Shown one piece after another: positions 17,735 through 26,696 of a stretch of 64,000 nt of DNA (position 1 is the first letter of the stretch; every line of letters starts with the position of its first letter). The notes beneath the pieces were generated by a model. That model searched no databases, was not told the origin of the DNA, and saw only the letters and a list, made by a program, of their open reading frames with translations. The stretch spans positions 25,165 through 89,164 of the forward strand of contig JAWKWT010000012.1 of the NCBI GenBank assembly GCA_041397365.1. Reading direction: 5' to 3'. The DNA comes from Xanthobacteraceae bacterium (GTDB taxonomy: Bacteria; Pseudomonadota; Alphaproteobacteria; Rhizobiales; Xanthobacteraceae). The translations under genes were made by a program, and so were the position numbers.

Positions 17735-19363
17735 ATGCCGCTCGACGGCCGGGAAGAAGCGATGCACGACAAGAGGTCGATGTGCTGATTATCGGCTCGA
17801 GGCGCCTCGGGCGCGGCGGTGGCCTGGAGCCTTTGCCGACACAAGGATGCGCATCCTCTGTCTGGAGCAGGGCGACTGGTGGCTCGACCGACTATCCCAC
17901 CAACGGCCGCGACTGGAGGCGCGCGCCTTCAGCAGGGCCCTGCGTTGGCCCGAACCGGCGCGCGCGGCCAACCGACTACCCGATCAACGACGCCAACTCG
18001 CCGATCAAGATCGTCAATTTCAACGGCGTCGGCGGCAGCACGATCATGTACACGGCGCATTATCCGCGCATGCATCCGTCCGACTTCAAGGTGAAGACGC
18101 TCGACGGCGTCGCCGACGACTGGCCGATCGATTATGCGACGCTGGAGCCGTTCTTCGCCGAAAACGATCGCATGATGGGCGTGTCCGGGCTCGCGGGCGA
18201 TCCGGCCTATCCGCCGAAGCAGCCGCCGATGCCGCCTTTGCCGCTCGGCAAATCCGGCGCGCGGTTCGGCAAGGCGATGAACCGGCTCGGCTGGCACTGG
18301 TGGCCCTCCGACAGCACCATCGCCACTGTCGATTATGAAGGCCGCGGCCACTGCCTCAATCTCGGCCATTGCACGCCGGGCTGCGCGCAGGGCGCGAAGG
18401 CGTCGACCGACATCACTTACTGGCCGCACGCGCTGCGTGCCGGCGTCGAATTGCGCACCTATTGCCGCGTGCGCGAGATCACCCTGGACGAGCACGGCAT
18501 GGCGTCCGGCGTGATCTATTACGACCGCGAGGGCAGGGAGCATTTTCAACCGGCGGAAGTCGTCATTCTGGCCTGCAACGGCGTCGGCACGCCGCGGCTG
18601 ATGCTGAATTCGGTGTCGGGGCGCTTTCCGAACGGTATCGCCAATTCGAGCGGTCTGGTCGGCAAGAATCTGATGCTGCACCCTTACGCGCAGACCTATG
18701 GCTATGTCGACGAGCCGCTCGACGGCAATCACGGCCCGCCGCTCTGCCTGTGGAGCCAGGAATTCTACGAGACCGATCCGCAGCGCGATTTCGTGCGCGG
18801 CTATACGTTCCAGTTCGGGCGCGGCGTCGGCTCGATCACGGAGGCGATCGTCAGCGAGGCCGCGGGACGGCTGCCTTGGGGTGAGGATCATCACAAGGTC
18901 TATCGCGAATTGATGAACCGCCGCATCGGCATGTCGGCGATCTGCGAGGACCTGCCGGAGGAACACAATCGCGTCACGCTCGATCCTGTGCTGAAGGACT
19001 CCAACGGCATCCCCGCGCCGAGGATCGACTATACGCTGAGCGAGAACAGCAGGAAGATGCTCGCGCACGGCGTCGCGCGGGCGAAGGAGATTCTCACCGA
19101 AGCCGGCGCGAAGAATTTCGGCGGCGAGGTACCGATCTCGAACGGTGGCTGGCATCTGCTTGGCACCGCGGCGCATGGGCACCGATCCGGACCGCTCGGT
19201 GGTGAACGCATGGGGCCGCTGCCACGACGTGAAGAACCTGTTCATCGTCGACGGCAGCATCTGGGTGACGTCCGGCGGCGTGAACCCGACCTCCACGATC
19301 CAGGCGCTGGCGCTTTACGTTGCCGACAGCATCAAGCAGCGCCTCGCCAACCTGTTCGATTGA
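17735..19363 (+). pseudogene. GMC-family FAD oxidoreductase (flavoprotein subunit), multiply frameshifted
   Basis: Family segments appear in alternating frames: MPLDGREEAMHDK / EVDVLIIGS / GASGAAVAWSL / ADTRMRILCLEQGDW / STDYPTNGRDW / EARAFS / GPNRRARPTDYPIN...(1.2 kb)...GGWHLLGTA / RMGTDPDRSVVNAWGRCHDVKNLFIVDGS...LANLFD*. Confidence 0.8.
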
Positions 19364-19371
19364 GAAAATCC

Positions 19372-19818
19372 ATGCAGACCGAAACCCTGTCCGACAACGA
19401 AATCCGCGATTTTCGCGCGCTCGCGCGCTGCATCATTCCGCCGAACGCGACCTACGATGTTCCCGGCGCGGATGACGATCTGATCTTCGCCGATATTCTG
19501 CGCAGTCTGGAGCGCGACCACGATCGCGTGCGGCAGGCGCTGGCGCAACTCGAGACGCTTTCAGGCGGTTCGTTCGCAGCACTGGATGCACCGGCGTGCG
19601 ACGCGGCGGCCAAGGCGTTCAAGGCGGCCGGCGGCGCGGAACTGGCCGCGCTCGTGCGCATCGTGCTGCTCTGCTACTACCGCGACGACCGGGTGATGCG
19701 GTCGCTCGGGCAGGAACCGCGCTCACCGTTTCCGAACGGGCATGTCGTCGAGCAGGGCGACTGGAGCCTGCTCGATCCGGTGCGTGCGCGTCCGCCATTC
19801 TATCGGCGGGTTGGGTAG
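19372..19818 (+). CDS. gluconate 2-dehydrogenase subunit 3-like small subunit partner of the GMC oxidoreductase
   Basis: MQTETLSDNEIRDFRALARCIIPPNATYDVPGADDD... starts 8 nt after the GMC stop. It was fused into ORF 17644..19818 only because of the upstream frameshift. Confidence 0.7.
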   Translation: MQTETLSDNEIRDFRALARCIIPPNATYDVPGADDDLIFADILRSLERDHDRVRQALAQLETLSGGSFAALDAPACDAAAKAFKAAGGAELAALVRIVLLCYYRDDRVMRSLGQEPRSPFPNGHVVEQGDWSLLDPVRARPPFYRRVG

Positions 19819-19851
19819 CGCGCCGGTCGTTTGCCGCCGCAGAAAAATCAA

Positions 19852-19877
19852 AACCCCGGCATCGCTGCCGGGGTTTT
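19852..19877. terminator. bidirectional rho-independent terminator between convergent genes
   Basis: aaccccggca-tcgc-tgccggggtt, flanked by an A-run and a T-run. Confidence 0.7.
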
Positions 19878-19915
19878 GCTTGTTCGCTCTCTTGTCCGCT
19901 GATTGCGAGCCTTAC

Positions 19916-21710
19916 TCAGCCGAAGCGATAGTGCTTCGGCATGTCCTTCTTGAGATGCGTCATGTGCTCGTAATATTGCAGGAACGTGCCGTTGTAATTG
20001 CCGTCCTGCCGCTTCTGATCCTCGCCCTCGAAATTGTAATAGCCGGGCGTGCATTCCTTGTTGCGGTTGGTGCGTCCGCGATTCTTGATGACCTCGTCGA
20101 CCCACCATTGCTCGGTGTCGGGAGCGGCATCGATCGTCGTGTGGCCGTGATCGCGAACGTATTTGATGCATTCGGCGATATGATCAGCCTGGGTTTGCAG
20201 CATGAAGGTCAGGTTGAACTGAACGAGGCCTGGATAACCCCCATGATGAACATGTTCGGATAGCCGGAGGAGGATGCCGAACACGGTGCGCATGCCGTCC
20301 TTGTATTTGTCGTTCAGCTCGAGCCCGTTCTCGCCGCGAATGTCGTTGTAGATGCCGGTTCGCTGCACGACGAAGCCGGTCGCGTAGATCAACAGGTCGA
20401 GCTTTATATCTCTTGCCCTCGAACACCGGACCGTTCTCGGTGATCTTGGTGATGCCCTTGCCGTCGGTGTGGACGAGATGCACGTTCGGCCGGTTGAAGG
20501 TCGGCAGATACACGTCGTCATAGGTCGGCCGCTTGCAGCGGTGCATGTACCACGGCTTCAGCGCATCGGCGGTCTTCTTGTCCTTGACCACCTCATCGAC
20601 GCGCCGGTGAATGCGCATCATGTGCTCGATGTTCAGATTCTCCTGACGGCGAATCTTCTCCTCGCGATCGAGCGCGGCAAGCGCCTGCTTCTCCTCCTCG
20701 GTCCGCTGCGGCCCGCGCATGTGCGTCATGCGGCGTTCCTTCTGCCAGCCGGGTTGCAGGCTCGCCGCCCAGTTCGGATCGGTCTCGACATCGTCGCGGA
20801 AGTCGATCGCTGAGGGCGTGCGCTGGAACACATAGAGTTCCTTCGCGGCCGCGCCGACGCGCGGGATGATCTGCACGGCGGATGCGCCGGTGCCGATGAT
20901 GCCGACCACCTTGTCCTTCAGCTTCGACAGATCTTGGCCGGTGTAGTCGTAGTCGAAGCGCGAGGTGTGGAACGAGTGTCCCTTGAACGTCTCCATGCCG
21001 TCGATGATCGACAGCTTCGGCTGCGACAACGTGCCGTTGGCGATCACGACGAAGCGCGCGGACATCGTGTCGCCGCGATCGGTGCCGACGCGCCAGAGTT
21101 TTTCCTTCTCGTCCCAGACGGTGGAAGTGACGGTCGTCTGGAACACCGCCAGCTTGTAGAGGTCGTATTTCTTCGCGATCTCCTGGCAGTGCGCATAGAT
21201 CTCCGGACCGCTCGCGTAATAGCGCGGCGGAACCTTGCCCATTTCGTCGAGCAGAGGAATGTAGTCGTAGGAGGGCGTGTCGCAGGCGATGCCCGGATAA
21301 CGGTTCCAGTACCAGGTGCCGCCGACATCCGCGCCACGCTCGACGATGCGGATGCTCTCGACGCCGCGCTCGCGCAGGCGCGCGGCCGTCAACAGCGCCG
21401 AGAAGCCGCCGCCGATGCAGATCACCTCGACCGTGTCGGTGATCGGCGCGCGCTCCTTGAAGGGTTCCGCGAACGGATCGGTCTCGTACTTCGCAAGGTT
21501 CTCGGTCTTGTCGAGATCGGTGATGTATTGCGCCTTGCCCTCGGGGCGGTAGTTCAGGCGAACGTCACGTTCCTCAGCGAATTTCTTCTTGATGTCGTCG
21601 TAATAGGATTGCGGTTTGTCGGTCGGCGGCTTCAGCGGGTCGAAATTGCGCACACGCGAAACGCGGGCCTCCGCGGCTTCCGGAGCTTTGACCTGAACCT
21701 TGTCCGACAT
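19916..21710 (-). pseudogene. Baeyer-Villiger (flavin-containing) monooxygenase, frameshifted
   Basis: ICIGGGFSALL and GIIGTGASAVQ are Rossmann motifs; FKGHSFHTSRF is a BVMO fingerprint-like motif. The frame breaks at the T-run 20403..20405 (...FEGKRYK|LDLLIYATGF). The GYPNMF motif is out of frame between ~20270 and ~20221. Confidence 0.8.
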
Positions 21711-22034
21711 TGGCGTTGTTCCCTGTTCGATTCTTTGAATGATTTGTGCGGCCGCATTTTTGTGTCGGCCCGGCAAGGATGCAAGCCAAACAAGCGAGCG
21801 AAATCGCTGCGGCCCTGTGCATTTTTGACGCGCGAGTATTGTCGGAAACGTTCCCACACTCGTTCGATGGGTGTTTGTTGGAATAAACAGGAAGTGCATC
21901 TTGTCGCACTGCATGTTGCGGTGCGGCGTGCGACGGTTCGTACGCGTTCCAGGTTTTCGACGCTTTCAGGCGGCTGAGCGGTGCGATAGCATTGCGCCAC
22001 CGAGCCAAAAATGGCCGATCACCGGGAGGGTTAC

Positions 22035-23003
22035 ATGCGCACCATTGGATGGATTGCGGCGGCGGCGGCCGCTGTTGCTTTGTTCGCCGGACCGCGCGTC
22101 GCGGCAGCCCAGGATTTTCCAACGCGGCCGATTGTGCTGGTTACGCCTTATTCGGCCGGCGGGCCTTACGACATTCTTGCGCGCTTCATGAGCGAGAGCA
22201 TGCGCAAGCAGAAGCTGGCGCACCCGGTGATCGTCGAGGCGAAGCCCGGCGGGAACACGCTGGTCGGCATCCAGCATGTGCTCAATGCGCCGGCGGATGG
22301 GCACACGCTGCTGATCTCGACGCTGCCGATCACCGCCAACATCATTCTGATGAAGAATCCCGGCTACAAATACGAGGATTTTGTTCCGGTCGGGCCGGTC
22401 GCGCGGCATCCTTACATCCTGTTCGTGCCGGCGAGCCTGCCGGTGTCCAATCTCAAGGAACTTGTCGCCTATGCCGAGAAGAACCCCGGAAAACTCAACA
22501 TCGGCTCGCTGTCGCCGGGCGGGCAGGTGCAGCTTCTGGCTGACAAGTTCATCCGCGCGTCGAAGCTGAAGATGGAGAAGATCCCCTACAAGGGCGCGGC
22601 GGATCTTGCGACCGCGCTGCTGACCGGCGACATCCAGATGAGCTTCTTCGCCTATTCGGCCGGCGCGCCGTTCCTGAAAGACGGCAAGCTCAAGCCGATC
22701 GCGATCGCGACCGAGGAGCGCTCCGCGCTCACGCCCGACATTCCGACATTCAAGGAACTCGGCATGGACGGCGTCAGCGGCGAAAGCTGGGTGGCGCTGT
22801 TCGCACGCTCGAACACGCCGAAGCCGGTCCTCGCCAAACTCAACGCAATCATTGCCGAGGCGAGCAAGGATCCCGAATACGTCACAAAGATCAAGCAGGC
22901 CGGCAATGATCCCTGGGTGATCGCGACCGACAAGATCGATGATTTCATCAAGGCCGACTTCAAATATTGGGAGCCGGACCTGAAGCTGATCCCGCCGCAA
23001 TAG
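22035..23003 (+). CDS. tripartite tricarboxylate transporter substrate-binding protein (Bug/TctC family)
   Basis: Signal peptide, then QDFPTRPIVLVTPYSAGGPYDILAR...IPYKGAADLATALLTGDIQM. GGGAGG lies before ATG 22035. Confidence 0.88.
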   Translation: MRTIGWIAAAAAAVALFAGPRVAAAQDFPTRPIVLVTPYSAGGPYDILARFMSESMRKQKLAHPVIVEAKPGGNTLVGIQHVLNAPADGHTLLISTLPITANIILMKNPGYKYEDFVPVGPVARHPYILFVPASLPVSNLKELVAYAEKNPGKLNIGSLSPGGQVQLLADKFIRASKLKMEKIPYKGAADLATALLTGDIQMSFFAYSAGAPFLKDGKLKPIAIATEERSALTPDIPTFKELGMDGVSGESWVALFARSNTPKPVLAKLNAIIAEASKDPEYVTKIKQAGNDPWVIATDKIDDFIKADFKYWEPDLKLIPPQ

Positions 23004-23012
23004 GCTCAAAAG

Positions 23013-23045
23013 AAAAAGCCCGGCGCGAAGGCCGGGCTTCTGTTT
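23013..23045. terminator. bidirectional terminator between convergent TctC genes
   Basis: agcccggc-gcgaag-gccgggct with flanking A and T runs. Confidence 0.65.
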
Positions 23046-23066
23046 GTGCGAGGATGAGGTCGCGGT

Positions 23067-24032
23067 CTATTCCGGCTGGATGCCGGCCGCGTCGAGCGTC
23101 TGCTTGGTCTTGACGCGCTCCTCCGCCAGGAACTTCTCCAGTTCCGCCGGGCCGTAGCCTTTCATCATGATCGAGCCGCGGTCGGCGTAATATTTGATGA
23201 CTTCCGGATCTTTCAGCATGTCCTCCACAGTCGCCGCGAGCTTGTCGACGATCGGCTTCGGCGTGCCGGCCGGCGCCAAAACCAGCGTATAGGCACTGAC
23301 GACCACCTTGTAGCCCTGTTCGACGAAGGTCGGCGTCTTCGGCATGGTCGGCAACCGTTCATTCGCGGCGACGCCGAGTGCGATGGCCTTGCCGTCCTGC
23401 ACTAGCGGCGCGAGGCCAAGCTGATAGTCGATCATCACGTCGATCGAGCCGCCGAGGAAGTCGACCATGGCCTGCGAGCCGCCCTTGTAGGGAATGTGCG
23501 TCAGCTTCATGCCGGCTTCCTTTTGCAGGAGTTCGGCCAGGATGTGATGCGCGGAGCCCTGACCGACGGTCGCGAAGGTCACCTTGTCGGGATTCTTCTT
23601 CGCATAGGCGATCAGTTCGGCGAGCGTTTTGTAGGGCGCGTCGGCGCGCACCGCGATCATCAGCGGCGTGATCGAGACGCCATGCACGGGCGCGAAAGCC
23701 TTCTGCGGATCGAAGGACAGCTTCTTGAACAGGAACGGATAGGTGACGACGACGCCGTTGCTGGCCGTCACCAGCGTGTAGCCGTCCGGCTTGGAATTGG
23801 CGACGAATTCGGCGCCGACGATGCCGCCCGCACCGGCCTTGTTGTCGACGATCACGGACTGGCCGAGCCGCGCGGCCAGCGCCTTGGCGATGGTTCGCCC
23901 GCCCGAATCAGCGATTCCGCCGGCGGGGAAAGGAACGACGAGGGTGATGTTTCTGTCCGGATAGGTTTGGCCCAGCGCCGGCCCGGCGAGCAGCCCCGCC
24001 GCGAGCGCGGCGGCGATAGCGAGATGTCTCAT
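23067..24032 (-). CDS. tripartite tricarboxylate transporter substrate-binding protein (Bug/TctC family)
   Basis: MRHLAIAAALAAGLLAGPALGQTYPDRNITLVVPFPAGGIADSGGR...IPYKGGSQAMVDFLGGSIDV. Confidence 0.88.
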   Translation of the reverse strand: MRHLAIAAALAAGLLAGPALGQTYPDRNITLVVPFPAGGIADSGGRTIAKALAARLGQSVIVDNKAGAGGIVGAEFVANSKPDGYTLVTASNGVVVTYPFLFKKLSFDPQKAFAPVHGVSITPLMIAVRADAPYKTLAELIAYAKKNPDKVTFATVGQGSAHHILAELLQKEAGMKLTHIPYKGGSQAMVDFLGGSIDVMIDYQLGLAPLVQDGKAIALGVAANERLPTMPKTPTFVEQGYKVVVSAYTLVLAPAGTPKPIVDKLAATVEDMLKDPEVIKYYADRGSIMMKGYGPAELEKFLAEERVKTKQTLDAAGIQPE

Positions 24033-24437
24033 GGTTTCCCCCAATTGTTGTTATGACGTCCCTACGCGGGTGAGAGCGCAATGTCTCCCCGCCCGCGGCC
24101 CGGGATGTTCCATTTGTAAGCGATTTCGTTTGGCAGCGGGACGCAGGACTGTTGTGCGTATCCGGCACGGGTGCAGTCGTCGCTGGAACCGGCAAGAATC
24201 CGCAAAGCGGATCGATTGCCCTGATTTCGCCTGCACTTAATCCGCATTTAACCAAAAGCCGCCTTAATGACGCTCTGCGGTTCTGGCAGAGCTGATGCCT
24301 TGGGATGTGTGCTTGGCGACGTGCTTGGGACGTCGCTCCGAAGGGGACCTGCCAGATGGGATTGTGCGCCTGTGAGCCTTCGGCCGTGGCCGAAGGGACA
24401 AGCGGTTGGCGTTCGTCTGAGGTTGCGTTGGGTGAGT

Positions 24438-25511
24438 ATGCGTAAGCGTTCCGGAGCCGCTCCTGCGGCAGGCGATGGTCTGCGTCGGTCGCAGCCGCGC
24501 CGTCGACATCTCTCTGTCCAATCCGTCATCGGTGGCGTGGCGCTAGCGGCGATCGTCTGCGCTGCGGCGGCTGCGGTGTATCCGCATCTCGGCGCGGAGG
24601 CCGATGCCGCCACCGCGCCCGTGGCGCGCGCAAGTTTCGGCGATCGCTTCGGCGCGCTCGGCGGCAGCAGCGTCGTGGTGATGCACAGGCCGGCGCCTGA
24701 GACGTCGCCCGAAATTCCCGACGACGTCCGCCGCGGCTATGCGAAGCTGTTCGATGTGACCGCCTCGCTCGGGCCGGGCGGCGACACCTTCTCGACGGAG
24801 CCGCGCCCGTTCTATGGCCGTCGGCTGGCCAGCCTCGCGCCGGCCGGAAGCGAGGCCATCGCGCCGCCGGATATCGCCAAGCCTTCGGTGCAACTGGCCA
24901 ACACCGTGCCGCTGCCGCTGATGCGCCCGTCGAAACTCGCGCGGCTCGACAATGCGCCGGTCGCCATTCCGAGGACCAAGCCTGCGCCGGCCTCATCAGG
25001 CGCGGACCGGATTTTCGAAAAGCTGTTCGGCAAGCCCCTGAGCGGCCTCGGCACGCTGCTCGCCTACGCGCCGTCCGACGGCGGCATTCTGAGCGACGGG
25101 CAGAGCGCATCGCCGACCGGCCGCTACGACCGCACCACCGCCGTCTACGACATCACGGCGAAGAAGGTCTATCTGCCCGACGGCACCAGACTGGAGGCGC
25201 ATTCGGGCCTGGGTCCGAAGATGGACGATCCGCGCTTCGTGCATGTGAAGATGCATGGCGCGACGCCGCCGCACATCTACGACCTGAAAATGCGCGAGGC
25301 GCTGTTCCACGGCGTCGAGGCGATCCGCCTGCATCCGGTCGGCGGCGCGCAGGCGATCCACAACCGGAACGGACTGCTGGCGCATCCCTATCTGCTCGGC
25401 CCGCGCGGCGATTCCAATGGCTGCGTGTCGTTCAAGGACTACGAGGTGTTCCTGCGCGCCTTCAAGCGCGGCGACATCAAGCGTCTGGCCGTGGTCGAGC
25501 GCGTGGAGTAG
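24438..25511 (+). CDS. membrane-anchored DUF2778 (L,D-transpeptidase-fold, Tlde1-like) domain protein
   Basis: N-terminal TM segment VIGGVALAAIVCAAAAAVY, a Pro/Ala-rich linker, and a C-terminal YLPDGTRLEAHSGLG...IRLHPVGG...NGCVSFKDYEVFLRAF. The family name is from recollection. Confidence 0.65.
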   Translation: MRKRSGAAPAAGDGLRRSQPRRRHLSVQSVIGGVALAAIVCAAAAAVYPHLGAEADAATAPVARASFGDRFGALGGSSVVVMHRPAPETSPEIPDDVRRGYAKLFDVTASLGPGGDTFSTEPRPFYGRRLASLAPAGSEAIAPPDIAKPSVQLANTVPLPLMRPSKLARLDNAPVAIPRTKPAPASSGADRIFEKLFGKPLSGLGTLLAYAPSDGGILSDGQSASPTGRYDRTTAVYDITAKKVYLPDGTRLEAHSGLGPKMDDPRFVHVKMHGATPPHIYDLKMREALFHGVEAIRLHPVGGAQAIHNRNGLLAHPYLLGPRGDSNGCVSFKDYEVFLRAFKRGDIKRLAVVERVE

Positions 25512-25544
25512 GGCGCGACAACCAGCTTCGTGGCCTCGCGAAAG

Positions 25545-25977
25545 CGAGGACGCTTGCCTCGTTCGCGCAAAGAAAACCCGCGCCATTTGCGGGCGTAGTT
25601 GATCGCCCCTGTTGTTTGCGATGGCGCACGCGCGCGAGGCTTGCCTCGTTCGCGCAAGAGAACCCGCGCCACTTGCGGGCGTAGTTGATCGCCCCCGTTG
25701 TTATGACGGCGCACGCGCGCGAGGCTTGCCTCGTTCGCGCAAGAGAACCCGCGCCACTTGCGGGCGCATTTGATCGCCCCTGTTGTTTGCGATGGCGCGC
25801 GCGCGCGAGGCTTGCCTCGTTCGCGCAAGAGAACCCGCGCCACTTGCGGGCATATTTGACCGCCCCTGTTGTTTGCGATGGCGCACGCGCGCGAGGCTTG
25901 CCTCGTTCGCGCAAAGAAAACCCGCGCCACTTACGGGCGTATTTGATCGCCCCTGTTGTTATGATGGCGCGGGGCGC
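25545..25977. repeat. five tandem copies of an ~86-bp GC-rich unit, each with two hairpins
   Basis: Units start at 25545, 25635, 25720, 25806 and 25892 (cgaggcttgcctcgttcgcgcaagagaacccgcgccacttgcgggcgtagttgatcgcccctgttgtttgcgatggcgcacgcgcg). Hairpins are gcgcgagg/cctcg(tt)cgcgc and cccgc-N7-gcggg. Confidence 0.9.
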
Positions 25978-26013
25978 GCCCTTCGTCTTCGGCCCTCGCG
26001 CGAGGCGAGGGGA

Positions 26014-26163
26014 ATGGAGCGCCGGGCGGCGCCGCATTTTGTCTCCGCGCAAGACGCTCCGCGACCGGCGCCGGTGACCGCGAGGCCACAACGCAGCCGC
26101 ATCGCGCCTTTCGGGCGCGGCTGCGTCCCGGCGAAGGACACATGACGCCGCCCGGCGCTCCAT
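26014..26163. repeat. 150-bp palindromic element bounded by perfect 18-bp inverted repeats
   Basis: atggagcgccgggcggcg (26014..26031) is the reverse complement of cgccgcccggcgctccat (26146..26163). Internal 10-bp stem acgcagccgc/gcggctgcgt and palindrome accggcgccggt. Confidence 0.7.
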
Positions 26164-26289
26164 GCGGGGTTTTGGGCGAAGGGGCGTCTCCTGGAGAGCC
26201 CGAGCCTCCGCGCGGACGGCTTGCGAGACCGCCGGCAGACCCGCATCCCGCTCCACCATCAAGACGCCTCTAGACAGCGCCCCTCAATG

Positions 26290-26696
26290 AGTGGGATATG
26301 ATAGGAATATAGTCAGTAGGAATAAATGTCAAGAAGATTGGCCCAAAAACTGGCCTCTATGTCCGATCCCGGTGGGGAGTGTGGAAATATTCTGTCGGCA
26401 CATCTCTTGAATTTTTCGAAAATCATCTCCATCTATTGAAAGCCTTCAGCGCGAGGCTGAAGGGGAAGGTGTTACAACTGTCAAGGCCGACAGCCAAGGC
26501 TGTCAGCTTGACGATCTGAACACTTAGCGTGACAATCATGCTGAGAAAGTGGATCATTGTGATATATCCTTCGTGATTATAGCACACTGTGTTTATTGCG
26601 GACCGGCGATGACAAGCTGAGACTTGGTTGTGTTTCGGAGGGGACATTGGTGGACGCGTACCTGCGCCCCTCCGAACTTGCTACTGGCAAAGCTGA
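26290..26696 (+). ncRNA. candidate structured non-coding RNA / leader upstream of the RT (boundaries unknown)
   Basis: No sense ORF: stops occur in all + frames, with none open beyond ~140 nt. Hairpins at 26443..26463 (8 bp), 26480..26512 (13 bp) and 26636..26674 (8 bp). TAGGAATA is duplicated at 26302 and 26317. Confidence 0.35.

Noticed and set aside
25545-25977. Possible CRISPR array (regularly spaced repeats with hairpins)
   Set aside because: The whole ~86-bp unit repeats, including what would be the spacers (~90% identical). There are no unique spacers, no leader and no cas genes, so this is a tandem repeat.
25439-26262. ORFs of 163 and 261 aa on the minus strand (25439..25930, 25477..26262)
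   Set aside because: They read straight through the tandem repeats and give repetitive Arg/Ala-rich peptides (ARVLLRERGKPRARAPSQTTGAI...). They are high-GC artefacts with no start context.
26423-26647. 74-aa antisense ORF as an ordinary protein-coding gene
   Set aside because: There is no Shine-Dalgarno within range (the nearest GGAGG is ~20 nt upstream), the start lies in a hairpin loop, and the ORF overlaps the structured leader. I kept it only as part of the ncRNA/Neo-like hypothesis or as a possible small toxin.
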